In this document: positions 1 to 12,660 of the stretch, one piece after another
How positions within the stretch are numbered: the first letter of the stretch is position 1
How the letters are laid out: each line of letters opens with the position of its first letter
Assembly (NCBI RefSeq): GCF_036321535.1
Contig: NC_087438.1
Location: forward strand, 11,842,001-11,906,000
Origin: Camelus dromedarius
Lineage: Eukaryota
Direction of reading: 5' to 3'
DNA: 64,000 nucleotides
Translations under genes and position numbers: made by a program
Notes under the pieces: model-generated
What the model was told of the DNA's origin: nothing
What the model saw: only the letters and a program-made list of their open reading frames with translations
Databases searched by the model: none

Positions 1-194
1 CTTCTGCTGCATCTTTGATGGCATGTCCTGCTTGGGCTCTGTCCTTGTCCTTGTGTTTTCTCTGCTACCTGCATGGTTTCCTGACCCCTGTTTCTCTTTC
101 CCTTCATTTCTTTGTTGTTGTCTTAGCAGTATTTATCTCAGGCTGCAATCAATTCACTTTTAGATTTTTTTAATTCATGCTCGCCTTTCCTCTA

Positions 195-300
195 CTAGAA
201 AACACAGACCTCCTCTGCTTTGTTCACTCCTGGATCACCAATGCCTGGAACAGCGCCCAGCATAGATAAGGTGCAAAGTTGCCTAATGAATGAATGAATC
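195..300 (+). mobile_element. L2 LINE 3' end fragment
   Basis: 'tgcctggaacagcgcccagcatag...aatgaatgaatgaat' matches the typical L2 3' terminus with (TGAA)n tail. Confidence 0.65.
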
Positions 301-614
301 ATGTGGCTCATAGCCATGCAATCCAAACCTTCTCTGAGGAATAAATGATCCATTTTTTTCAAAGCCACACTTTTAAAGTGGTAATATTCATGCATAAGTT
401 CCAGGAAGTTTGTTTTAAAACACAAATTGAATATTAAAGCCTCTTTTTCCTGCCTTTAAACATTGCTTCAAGGATCATTTTATAATAATTAGCTTAGGTC
501 TGGCACCTAAGAAATTGCTCATATCAGCGGCTATCCAAGAACAGTGATCATATCATGAATATTCATGAATCATATATTGCTTGATGTATGGCTTTAAAGA
601 TTGGAAAACATTGC

Positions 615-735
615 TCACATTTCATTCCTTTAACAAATATTTATTAGACATCTATTATGTGTCATGTGCTAGGCTAAGCCCCAAAGATAAACTGGTAAAG
701 CAAAACAGGCAGAATGAAAATCATGGCAGTCTCTA
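615..735 (-). mobile_element. L2 LINE 3' end fragment
   Basis: 'cattcattcctttaacaaatatttattagacatctattatgtgtcatgtgctagg' is the reverse complement of the L2 3' terminus. Confidence 0.65.
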
Positions 736-1383
736 CACCAGGATTTTTCCAGAAAGTATTCTGAGAAGCATAACACAAAGACACTTCTTTTAAGAAGGCT
801 GAAGCCTTCCACAGCCAGAAAGGGTTAGGCTTCTTCACAAAGAGTCATCACTCACGTGAAAATGGAAGAGGTTTTGAGAAGTCCTGCCATTTAAACACAG
901 TTTTAATCCAGAATTTTCCAAACTTAGATTTGGCTACAGAAGTCCTAGTAACATACCTCAGAACTACTCTTTGACAAAGTATTCTTTGGAACGTGTTCTT
1001 CTAGCTAGATCTATCGTAAACAGGTACCAGAGGCCAGAGGAAATGGCCACGTGGGTAACCTGAGTTCCTCCGGCTGCCGTCCAGGGAACAGCAGTGAGAA
1101 CGCTGAGTGAGGCCCTTACAGGTCAGGAGAACAGCCTTTTGTAGCATTCATGTGAGTCCATCTTTGCATTTGGGCTTTTCAGTATAATTGGCAATTCACT
1201 TATAACATTTAATCACCTCTACTCCCTTACCAAAAACAGCACTCATCCATTTGTTAATTCCAATAAAAGATTTGTGTTGCAATCGTTTCATTATTGTAGC
1301 ATACAGCAGTGGGCAAAATATAGGGTTTACCAGATCTTACTTGAGGCTCCAATAGGTTGGGAAAGCCATTTCAGCCATATTTA

Positions 1384-1520
1384 TAATAGCTAATGTTCAT
1401 CGAGTTCTTACTATGCACTAACCACTTTACCTAAGTTATTCCTTTTAATTTTAAAAACATCCCTATGAAGTATCTCCTAATATTACTTTCAACCTACTTA
1501 GAATAAACAAACAGCAAGTA
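1384..1520 (-). mobile_element. MIR SINE fragment
   Basis: 'taatagctaatgttcatcgagttcttactatgcact...ttaattttaaaaacatccctatgaagta' resembles reverse-strand MIR. Confidence 0.55.
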
Positions 1521-1679
1521 AGTGTGCATGTGTGAATGTGGGTGGGCAGGGGTGGGGAGGGTGATCTCAATCAAATCTGGACAATTTGACCCAGAGCCTC
1601 CTTAATCAGAGCACTAATCACATAATGACCCCCCTAGACTTGTGCTGTGCCTCGCAGTAGCCACAAAGCCCAGGGAGCA

Positions 1680-2190
1680 AAGGAGGACTTGTACACATTG
1701 AGATGAGCCTAAGAGAACGTCAATATTTGAAGATGAGAGATCAGAAGAATTGGAAAAGGAGCCTGAGGAGGAACCAGGGGTGACCTGGGGTGTCCTGGAA
1801 GTCAAGTGAAGGAAGTGTTTCAAGGGGAGAGAGAAGTCAGCTTGTGAAATGCTGAAGGTCAAGTTAGGTAACTACTGGAAAAGGACCACTGGACTGGGCA
1901 GTGTGGATGTCAGTAATGACCTTGGTAGGAGTAGTTCTGGTGCCTTTAGAGGGATGAAAACATGGCCGAAATCCATTCAACTGGAGTGCGGGAATTAGAG
2001 CTGAAGCGCACAGACAGCACTCCTGAGAAATTTTGCTGTAAGAGAAGGAGAGAAATAGGGCAATAGCTGGAAGGTGAAATGGGTTCAAGAGAAGGTTTTT
2101 TATTTTTTCTAGGAATGGAGAAATAGCACGTTTGTATGCTGATGGTTACGATACAGTAGGTTAGGGGAAATTGCTGTTGTATAAGAAAGG
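1680..2190 (-). mobile_element. L2a LINE internal/3' fragment
   Basis: 'ggtgtcctggaagtcaagtgaaggaagtgtttcaagg...aaggaccactggactgggcagtgtggatgtcagtaatgaccttgg...ttttgctgtaagagaaggagagaaatagggcaatagctgg' resembles reverse-strand L2a. Confidence 0.7.
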
Positions 2191-2379
2191 GTTTAAAATT
2201 GCTGGAGCACCTGGCAACAAAAAAAAAATTATTCTAAACCAGGAAGTAATTGAATTCCACTGGCCAACAACTCTGACAGTTATTTTTAAAAGAAGACACT
2301 CCCAGGAGGTAAAAAGGAGACCACGCACATTTTATATAGAAAGAGCCACCATGTCTCTCTTCAAGGTATTTCCACATTT

Positions 2380-2690
2380 TCTGTCTACCTCCAGCCTTCT
2401 CCCTTTAGAAGGCTAGTTCTCATTTCTTACTTTATTCTAGTCTCTGTTCGGGTATCATGTCCCCAGAGATGTCTCTCCCTGACAACGCCGTCTAAAACGG
2501 CACTCTTACCCAACGTCTGTCTCACCTACTGAACTACTCTCTTATTTTTCTTTATCTTTACCTGGACTGTGCCTGTTTTGGTTACCAGTGAACACACAGT
2601 GCCTGGAACACGGGAGCTGGCACAAAGCAGGCACTAAATAAACACTGACTGAATGAATGAGCAGATGAGTATATGAATGGACAAATGAAG
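2380..2690 (+). mobile_element. L2 LINE 3' end
   Basis: 'acagtgcctggaacac...ggcacaaagcaggcactaaataaacactgactgaatgaatgag' L2 terminus preceded by a pyrimidine-rich L2 body. Confidence 0.6.
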
Positions 2691-5600
2691 GCAAGAAACG
2701 CTATCCCCAGGAGGGAAAACTTACCTATGTTTTAGGTTCGTAATAGGAAAGCAGTGATTTAAAATACCCCCCCTCCCCACAAGTTTAAATCATTAAAAGA
2801 TAGTCGTATCACAGGAGGGAATGCACTAAACCTTTCTGCTAAGAGGATTCCACTTAGCTAAGAAAAACCAGAAAAGAAACGTCAGTCTAGAGAATATTTT
2901 ACATGAAAATTAAGCGCTCGCAGAGTCTCATAAGGGATGAGTTTCACCAAGCAGGTGGCATGCTCGATGAACCACTTTCACTGGTGTCATTTCTGGTGGG
3001 GTCAGTTTAAGTGCGTCAAGAGACACACATGTTAGACACAAGAACTATGCAAAAACGCATACAGAACTCATTGTCTAGTTCTGAGAACTAGGTAAGCCTC
3101 ACTTCCGGTTGCTAATCACATCGGCGTTGATGGGAATTGCCGTGTTAAGTTGCACGAGGCATGCCTTGCCAAAGGATCAATTTAATGTTCTGCCCTAAGG
3201 AGGATCCATCGTCTGAATAGTTTCCTCGTTACAGATTCAGGCAACGTGAGACTGCACTTTCAGATATTCCTGGCTGAGTTCCAGCTCCGTATTCGTAAAT
3301 TCATTGATTTGGTTGGGAAAATGAGTGAGGAGGATGGGGGTGGAGTCGGGGGCTGGGTGGGCACTCTGGCCAAAGCAAACCAGGTGAATCACTCCTTCCA
3401 TTTGTTGTGCAGACCGACAAAACACAACTGTAGCTCAGCTTCAGGAATGGCACTGTCACCCTGCTGCTTATTTTCCATTTTAAAGAAACTCTGCTGGCTT
3501 GGTGACATCATTACAGATAGACGTTTTTTCATTTCTAAATATATATTATATATAATTCACTCAGCCCTAAGATTTTGTTCCATTTTCTTCATTCCAAAAC
3601 CTTGAGCATCTACTTAAGCAGAAATCTACAAATGCTCTTCTGGAATTCTTCAGGGCAGCCTAAAAGGGGAAATTTCAAAAAAGTCAGAAAGAAAAAATAT
3701 TCACATCCGTTTTAGACATTACGCCCCAACCAGCTATCCAAGTTAAATCATTTTCACTCTTAAACAAAAATTTCTATTCTTTTTTGAAAGACTTACAACT
3801 TATTTCCAAGATTTTCATCCATGTTCCTAACGCATAGCCCTGTGATAAACCCCTAACCTCACCCAAGCAGCAGAGGGGCCACAGACACAATTTTAGAACC
3901 TGATAGAACTTGAGGTTGAACTTTTTTAGTCCCAAATACAGTCCACAATCTTCCAAGATGAAAGGCCTTAGAACAAAAAGAAGGTGAAATGTGTGTCTAG
4001 CCTTTCAGATAATCTTGCTTTATATACCAGATGATTTATCTTTTGTATCCTGAAGGTGGTCACTGGCTTTCATTCATTAATTCATTAACTCACCCTATGT
4101 TTATCAAGTCTTTTGGAAACACCTACTAGTGACATGGAAGTGCAGGAGGTGTTGGAATAGCACAGGTCATCATCGGTCATGGTTTCCTATCCTGTTTGTG
4201 TTAATGTCCCTCTTGCCCTCTGAGGCACATCCTCTTGGCTTTATGATTTGCAGAAATTCGGTGTATCACATGCACCCAGCGGACCTGTCAGAGAGCGGTC
4301 ATTGCCTAACTTCAAAAAGCAGACATTTCTTCAGGCTTCTTATGCAAGTGGATTCATTACAGTCCCTGGAGGGGGATGCTGTCCTTATCATGGGGGTATT
4401 TCAGGATGTCTATGCAAGATGCTCAGTACAGTTATTCAAAGCCCCTTGGCGGACTAATTTCATTACACTGCGTTGGACCAGGAAATGGTTCTTCTCCAAA
4501 AGGTCAGATCGGATGTACCGTGGCATCGGATGTTTTCCGTACCTTCTTCCGCCATGAATAATTGATCAAAAAGCATTCTCAAATTCTGAACAACACAAGT
4601 ACAGAATGAATTATTAACACAAGCTTCTCCAATCTAATCATCCTCTCTTCCTCTTTGACTCTCTCCTCCCTGCTCTTAACATGACTCAGGAGAGAGGTCT
4701 CTATTCGGGGTTCTTCTGTCAAAGACCTGAGTACTCAGAGTCTCTGTGTCTCATTTCTTTGTCTGGAAAGGGAAGGTTTGAATTAGATGGTTTTATGGCC
4801 TGTTGGTTCTCAATAGTTTTCATTTTCATATCAAGGTTCAGGAATAGGAGTAATTCTTTTCCCCCAATGCAAACCAGCTGCTCCTCTGAAAGAGGGTTTG
4901 AGAAATCTCTACCCAGTGTTTGGTGAAAATCAATGGTTAGAATGGAAGGATAAGTTGCCACTGGTTACTCGCATAATAACGAACCTAAGTCGTTGGTAGC
5001 ACTTGTTCAAAACCAGAAGAGAAAGAGCAAATTAGGTGGAATACTGAAACCGTGGTTTGACTGCTCCACAGTGAACTCTCTGAAAGGAGATTCTCCCCTT
5101 GCTCCCTTGCTCTTTGATTGCGTCTGGCAGAGGTCAGGCCTTTCCCTTAATGTCAGACAGTTTAACCTGGTGGATATGCTTTAACTTTTTTTCCTTCTTG
5201 CCACTTTCCATCTTCATCACTCCTCTCTCCACCCCACCCCACCCCTTTCTCCTTATTCTTTTGTGATGCCAACTAATTGCTATCTTTGTAATCTGAAATG
5301 GAGCTTAAAGACAGTGGAGAGAGAGGGAGAGAAAGAGGGGGAGAAACAGCTGTGGGCATCGTCTGGTAGAAACAGAAATATAACTAAGAGCAGAGGGTGA
5401 CCGCCCTGTATTTACTTTCCCTGCTTCCCCTTGTTCCCGGTCCAAGAGGTTTTCATTTAGACGATGAGCATTGTGTGTCTCATGGACATAAAATAAGACT
5501 TGATGTTGGTGTTGGATGTCTAGCCTCAGCGCATCCTGTGATGAGTGTGCAGTCTAGCAGGGTGTGGGGTCTTCAGGGAGCCAGACGTCTGGGACCCCAC

Positions 5601-6736
5601 AGTGGCTGCTCTGAAATCCAAGATCCATCAAAGCCAGTGGAAGAGGAGGGGCAGGGAAAGGGAGCAGTGAGATGGAGCGAGCAAGAGAGTGAAATAAAGA
5701 GGAAGAGCGAGAGGATGGACATTTGTTTCTGGGAGTATTCATTGAACTCAGTCCATCTCACCCGGGAGGAGTAGCATGGCCGCTGTTGGCTTGGCCTGGG
5801 AGGAGATGACATCAAACTTGAAAGATATTTTTCTTCAATACCTTTAAAAAGAAATCTACATCCACAAAAATTATGCTGACAAAGATTAATTTATCCTGTA
5901 TGACCAAATGGCATATTGTAAAAGGGAAGACATGTTATACACCATTGGAAAAAAGTTCTCATAAATTGTTTCTTAGAGGGTTATGAAGATGCAACTCAAC
6001 TTTGTTTTTTTGTGTTCAATCCATTGTGAGCATATCATGCATGAGGCCCTGGAGCAATAAAGGATGAAGGAGACAAGGTCCATACCCTTGAGAAGCTGAT
6101 GGTTCTAGTGGAGTAGAATATTGGTCAGCCTACTTGTTTGCCAGCAACACTGTAGCTATTTTCAACAACAACAAAAAAGGTATTTTTAAAGAAGGTTGCT
6201 GGGTAGCTCAAAGAATCACCAGAATAGCTGGGCATTTTCCCCGGAACTAAAAGAGGCTCCCTCTGCCAAAGTCATATTGAGAAGCAGTGTAGTTGGGCCA
6301 CGAGTTGTGACAGCATGCCACTGAACATTCCCGTGGTGGTCACTGCCACTGCCACTGCCACCACCACTGGACAATGAATAAATTCTGAACTCTTGCTATG
6401 ACTTTTCATTAGTAACCCAAGATTAAAAGTCCCAAGTCCAACATAGTGAGTATCTTCCCTGACGCTTTATCAAACGTACACAGTGGGGGGTTCTCCCTAA
6501 GTAGAAAGTGGAAATGGATGCTGCCAGGCAAAAATCTTTGTAAAGGATAACTGTGCACTATTTGGATATAGACATCTACATAGATCCATTCAATATGAAG
6601 TGGACAGTTCTGTAATGGCAAAGGAGAGGCCCTTGCCAAGGGGACCAGGGAAGCCTTCCAAGGGGAAGCTGAGTTGAACATCTTGTGGAACGAGATGGTC
6701 CATCTGGGACTCTGCAAGCATTCAGCCTTGTTAGAG

Positions 6737-6880
6737 CGGAGGTTTTCAATCTTGGCCTCTCATCAGACGCTGCTCACAGAGTATTGCTAGGGAACCCCCA
6801 GACCAATTACACCAGAATCTCAGAGTGGAACTTAGGCTCTAAGGGCTTCCAATGTGCAGCCATGGTTGAGATGCACAGAG
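6737..6880. mobile_element. MER5-type hAT-Charlie non-autonomous DNA transposon
   Basis: 'ggttttcaatcttggcc...ccccagaccaattacaccagaatctc...aatgtgcagccatggttgaga' resembles MER5A/B ends. Confidence 0.55.
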
Positions 6881-8589
6881 ATGAGATCCAAAGGGCTTCT
6901 CTTCTGTAATTAGTCCTGATGTAAATGGCACCTCCTCCATGAAGTCTATCCGGATTGTGTGAGATCATACCATCATATGAAACTTCTCTTTGTCCTGTGA
7001 TCATATGATCGTGGGATCTCTTCCCCTCGGTTCCCTCATAGTTTCCTGTCTGTACTTCCCTTTTGCCACTTAACTTAGCTTTCCATTATACTCACGAGGG
7101 AACACGTTTCGTTGTTCTCCAAATTTATACATCAATCTAATTAAATGTTAATTTCTGCCCCCAGGGGAGAATAGCTGGTGTGCAATAAATATTTGTAGCT
7201 GCTTAAATATAAGCATCCCTCATGTCCAATAAGTACCTTGGCAATAAAGCTGGCTTCCGTTTAATTTAAAATGTAAGAAGCAGAACACGGAAATGATGGC
7301 TTCCACACGACTGAGCAACTTTTGTGTGCCAGGCATATATTGTGTAAATTCTTTGTAATTGTTCAGTCCAAATCCCCAAGTCTCAAGCAAACAAGCCTCC
7401 TTGGCTAGCACGGGCAGTCCAGTGTCTTGCAGAGTCGACTCCCTGCACCCAAGGATTTGGGGGAGTCACCAGTGGGGGGACCAGTACAAGCAGGCCTCTC
7501 TCAGCTCTGCTGAGGTGGCCTCTAGTGACCTGGGTTCAAAGCCATGTGGACACCACACTACAGAGGCTGCCCACACTTCCCAGGCCTCTGTCCTCCTGGC
7601 ATCTAGCAACCCCTCTCTCAGTGACATCTCGGTGGAAGTGACCTCAAACAAGGGTGTAAGGAGTAGACTTTTGGGGTCACACTCACAGTCTTTATTTGCT
7701 CCTCTGTAAAATGAGGATTTTTGGTTTCCTTTCACCTATAATGATTTTTTTCCCCTGAAGTGGCTCGTCCACTCTCCTAGCAACCAGGCTGCGGCAGGAC
7801 CTTCCTCATCTGCAGAGCACACGTGTCATTCCTGAATCCCAGCCGTGGACCTGATTTGTAGATTCAAAGAGGGCCTGTTGCCGGTATCTACACCTCATTC
7901 ATGGTCACACAATATTTATTCCGTCATCAGCAACTTGATTATATCCTTATTGTGTTTAAAAGCTCCTGGACTGAAATGTGGTAAAATCAAAGCAGTTATT
8001 TTGCTAAGGTGACAGAATCGTGGATCATTTTTTTCTTTCATATTTTTTTACCTCACTGATGTTAAATTATTCTTTGTTCATGGGAAAAGGGCAGACGCAG
8101 TAGGAAGCTCCAGGACTTACCCCATCCATCACAGGCGAGTAGCCTGAATGAGAAACTTGCAGAAGACGAGTGTTTAGCCATGTCCCCAGATAACTGAATA
8201 TAAAGTTGTTGTCATCAATCACCTCCAGGCAGTCACTTTTGCCAAGAAAGCAATCGCCCTACTGAGGTCAGGAGAGCTTTCCGTATCCTTCCCTTTCCGG
8301 TGACCTGCGGGGCCCCGCATGGTCCGCCTCCACCACCACGTGGTTTTCACAAGCTCCCATTTGCTCACTCCTGCCACAATCCCCACTGGCTGGCTTTTGG
8401 TTTTGTTTTTTAATATGACTCCCTCTGAGCAAAGCCTCCTGCCCTTGCAGCCTCCTCTGCCTGCTAAACTCCTCCCAAGGTGCCCTCATGCTCCCTCCCT
8501 CACTGTCCCTTCAACTTTACCTCTCTCTAGTGTCCTTGCCACCATTTTACACCAACACCTAACAATGAGCCTGTCAAAGGGCTCATGAT

Positions 8590-8696
8590 ATGCTGGGTCT
8601 GTCCTCAGAGCGTTACACTTTCAGAGCAGCAATGTAGGCTGGGTCCCCTATTAACCCCATTTCACAGATGAGAAAACTGAGGCACCAAGAAATTAG
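8590..8696 (-). mobile_element. MIR SINE fragment abutting the vic-1 SINE
   Basis: MIR core 'ccccatttcacagatgagaaaactgaggcac'. Confidence 0.7.
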
Positions 8697-8834
8697 TGGG
8701 GGGGGGGTTATTTTGGGGGGAGGGGTAATTAGGTTTGTTTATTTGTTTGTTTGTTTGATGGAGGGACTGGGGATTGAACCTAGGACCTTTTGCATGCTAG
8801 GCATGCGCTCTACGACTTGAGCTACACCCTCTCC
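8697..8834 (-). mobile_element. Camelid tRNA-derived SINE (vic-1 type)
   Basis: Reverse strand reads 'ggagagggtgtagctcaagtcgtagagcgcatgcctagcatgcaaaaggtcctaggttcaatccccagtccctc' (Pol III A box TAGCTCAAGTCG, B box GGTTCAATCC) followed by the 'aaacaaataaacaaacctaattacccctccccc' tail. Confidence 0.85.
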
Positions 8835-11800
8835 TAAGAACAAGAATTTTGACTTTTTTTATCTCTTTATCTCCAGTGCTCGTTGCAGTGCCTGTCCAGA
8901 GTAGGTGTTTAATAGATATTCGTCTAATTAATTACTTGTTAGTTGATTAATATGTCTCTAATACTTATTCCAGCTGTGGGTTTCTTCCTGCATACATGGC
9001 CAGTGCCTAGTAAATATTTTTTAACATGAAGTAAATCCCTAAAGCACATTTCCCTAACCACATTCCCCCATTGCCCTGCTTGGGGAAGAAATGTTAAAAC
9101 AAAATTCCTTCTCTCTGACTTATGGTCAAAGTCTCGGCCCCCAAAGCCAAGAACACAGCAGTAAGTGCCCAGGGCGCCTACATTCCAAAACAGTGATGCA
9201 GGACCAGCGAAGAAGGTTTGAGACTTTTCCAAACCAGACAAGCAACGGAAGGTCACGGAGAGATGCTGGGTTCTACTCTGAAGTCTGGGACATCTCTTCT
9301 GAGCAACAGAAACTAAAGCTGACAGCAACGGCCGTTCTGAGAGACCCATGTCAGCTTCCATCTCATTCTCTGTGCCTGACCTAAAATACACAGAAGAGCC
9401 ACTCCCCAGCCCTCAGTTTCAAAGATGTGCCCCGACTTAGCCTTGCTCCCCAGACGTCTCCCCCAGGACTACACCTGACATACAGCGATAATGATGCTGC
9501 ATCTCAGTTAACCCACGGGGCCGTGCAGCCTGTTTGGAAATACGCTTTCATTCACATTCACCCTGTTCGTTCATGCCAGGACCCCCCAGGCTAGAATTTC
9601 CCACCCCCTTACGAAGGCAGAAGGGTGACGAAGATCAGAATCACTTTAGTGCAATGCCTGCCACCTCTTGGAATTAAGCAAGGTCAAAATACCAAATGCG
9701 AACGTCTCAGCCCCTTTAGTAACACGTTTGTTTAGTGATGGGCTTCTGTAGCTTTGCTTCCTCCAACCTCTGCGGAAGAGCTCAGATTGAATAACGGTTT
9801 TGTCCATCAAAGCCAGCCCTTCCCCAGTGCGAGTCTCCAGACACAATTTCCGTCTCTGAGCAGCTGCCGGGCTGCCTCACCATCTGTCAAGCTGGCCCGC
9901 TGCCCATGGAGGGGAAATGTGCCCGTGGTTTACTGCATCCAGGAGAGGCACCCAGGAAGACAGGGTTTGCTGGATTAGTGGCGCTGCATTTCCACACCCC
10001 ACCCCTCTTGCTGAAAGCCCTTCCTGATCGTGCCTGTCGACAAATGTCCTAGTGGGGGAGTCTATGTTTCCCTTGACGTAAGGGAGCGTCCACCACCAAG
10101 TAGGGTTGGCCCAGCATTTCCTTCTGACAGGGGCCGCGACACTTCTTCCTCAGCCCAATGCCTTATGCGAGGAAGGTGTCTGAAAGCTCAGCTCCAATGA
10201 TTACTCTGTCCTGGCTCTGACATTATCCAAAACCACCTGGGACAAATTCTCCAACAGGAGAAAAAGTGGACCAGCGGCCTTGGCCGTCTCCTTGTGGGCG
10301 CTGGCTGCACGTCTGCTGAACAGAAATAACTAAGGCACCGTGTCATCTGCAGGACGGGGCGGTTACTCTGATGGCCAATGCACTTTATGGTATAACTTCT
10401 CAAGTGAGAGAAAAATCTGTGTATAGAAATGACACTGCCCCCCACACCCAGTTAGCCACATTCCTATCGACTGGGTTTTTCTATCTTAGGGCAGAATGTT
10501 TGCCAATTGATGGAGAGAGGAGATGCAGGTGGTAGGATGGCAGAGAGAATAACTAATTAAACAGATCAATTGGCAATCAAATCAGGATTATGGTGAACTA
10601 GTTGCTATGCAGGATTTAATAAAAAAGAGATGTGCACTTTCCAGGGTACTTTGGACTTCAGTGGAACACTCGTGGAGGTCTCTCCAATCCTATCAACCTA
10701 ATCAGGTTGCACTTAGAACACTAAACAGAAACGTACTCTCTCCCTCAGAGTGAGAGGAAAGGGTGCAGTAGCGTCAATGCCATCCTTACAGAAACCAATT
10801 TGGAGGTGCAGGGAATACAGCTGAGTGATGGAGGCACCACCAGGCATCTACTACTTTCGGGGGATAAACTGCAGTGAATCTGGTTTAGCTGGTCCCCAGG
10901 AGTAGACTTTCTGGAGATCTAGTAAGGCCAACAGCACAAAACCAAGCCCCAGTTGGGTCCTTGGTTTTGCTCTATTCTGAGGCCACAGGAAGTAACTCAC
11001 ATACCAGTCAATTCTCTGTAAATTTCCACTTCCGTGCCATTAGAGAACTGTGAAAAAGAGTGGCAGAAGTAACTCCCCGTTACCTCCTTCCCAAATGCCA
11101 GTGGGTCCATGGACTCAGAGTCTGCACGCAGGACACGTGTTCTTTTTAGGGATTCACCCAGAAGGGGAAGATCTGATTCAGCACTTGGACGACCCAGACC
11201 ACTGCTCTTCAGGCAGTTTGTGACCCTCTGGCTCTCCTCTACTTCCTTTTCCTTTCAAGTCGCTAATTTATTTATTTGTGATTCGGTGAGACTTCAGTTT
11301 ATGATGGTCAATAAAGTGACATCGCTGTTAAGTGATGCAAGTTCTCTGCTGGGGACATTGCCAAGCCAGGGAAGGGGGACTTCCTCTCACTCTGCTGCAA
11401 TTCTTTCCCCACTCCATACCCGCATCCCTGGTCACCAGCTTCACTGTGATGGTGCAGACCACCATCCACGATTTGCTGAGTTGGGACCCTGCAAAATACT
11501 CTCCTTCAGGCAAGAATTCTGACTACAGCCAAGACGTTGGAGGCCATTAAATAGATTTCCATCCATTAGTAGACCAGGAAATTACTTGTTCCTTTCACTA
11601 AAATTCTCTACATGAATTGAAATACTCACAAAATAGGCATAAGTGTAGATTATGAAATAATATTGATTTTCCAACTGCAGTTTACCGCCTTAAAACGTGT
11701 TCATACTCAAACATAAATGATGTATTACTGGAACGTCATGTCATGGTCTCTTTCTGTCCGTAAGTGGAATGAGTCCTGCATCATTGGCAGACTTTCTAAA

Positions 11801-11929
11801 TGGACTTAATAATTGTGATAAAAAAGAGATCTTAAAGATCTCGGATAAAAGAAGAAATGTCCTGACGGGAAGGACATGGCTCCCCAGAGCTAGGAAATGT
11901 CTTGTTCCGAAACCACATGCTCCCTCCTG

Positions 11930-12660
11930 CCCTCTGATCGCCATGTGAATTCTTCAGCCGAACTCAGGTATCTCCCTAGAACAACCCTCTCTGAAGGAAG
12001 CTCCTCCAGTAGCTCTTTGTTATTCTGATCACACTGCTTTACTCTCTGGCACAGAGATCTCCTATAGCCTGGCATCCAAACATTTCTCCCATTGTCCCGT
12101 CCCTTTCTTATTTACCTGTATCGTTAATGCCTCCAGCTTCTAGGAGAGCACCTCAGATGAGTGTATCCAGGCTTATCCCTCCTGCGTCCTCTGCCCGAGC
12201 TTTGCTCCACTTGGCTTGCAGATCCGTATCTTAGATTTCTCTTGAATCTGTGCTGTGTGTGCACACGCATGTGTGTGTGCTTGTCTGTGTGATGCTTCTC
12301 CAGCTGGGTCTGCAGGTTCAGGAACTGTGGTCTTTACCTTTTACGCCTCTGCTTGCCTGGGGCCTCTAAGACAGTAGATGTTCAAGACTGTGTGCCCATC
12401 AAATGAACGGAGTGGTGGAGGTGTAAAATCTTACACCTCAAGTCCAGAGCCACCCCTCTCATGAAACCATCCCCCCACCGAAGCCCCTGTGAGAATTAAA
12501 CTTTCCTTCATTTGGGCTTCTAGAGCACTTGACTTTTCCTTTGCTGTAGTAACATCACATACCCTGCCCTGTAATATCTCTAGTTGTGCATGTCTCTCTC
12601 TGCCCCTGGACCAACTGTTTACACCTGTGCTAGCTTTACAGGTATTGTCTCTAATCCACA
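11930..12660 (+). mobile_element. Degenerate L2 fragments
   Basis: Pyrimidine-rich L2-like segments ending 'aagacagtagatgttcaagactgtgtgcccatcaaatgaacgg'; boundaries approximate. Confidence 0.4.

Noticed and set aside
5762-5796. Minus-strand 34-nt micro-exon candidate (ctcctcccAG...ccgg|GTGAGA)
   Set aside because: Isolated, with no compatible partner exon identified; such motif pairs arise by chance.
6341-6370. (CCACTG)n runs here and at 35581-35610
   Set aside because: Short simple repeats, likely within old MaLR-derived sequence or independent slippage; no evidence of a shared functional element.
8758-8834. tRNA-Ala-like sequence on the minus strand (A and B boxes)
   Set aside because: It continues into an A/C-rich SINE tail and has disrupted stems; it is the head of a vic-1-type SINE, not a tRNA gene.
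8939-9391. 150-aa minus-strand ORF
   Set aside because: No recognisable domain, non-ATG start, no convincing splice context; expected by chance in 64 kb.
11109-11522. 137-aa ORF, and similar ORFs at 5397-5774, 40087-40509 and 53660-54061
   Set aside because: Low-complexity GC-rich translations with overlapping ORFs in other frames and no homology; typical of chance ORFs in GC-rich intergenic DNA.
11769-11948. 59-aa ORF MSPASLADFLNGLNNCDKKEILKISDKRRNVLTGR... below the track cutoff
   Set aside because: Protein-like start but no recognisable family, no acceptor or promoter, and its 3' end runs into L2-derived sequence.
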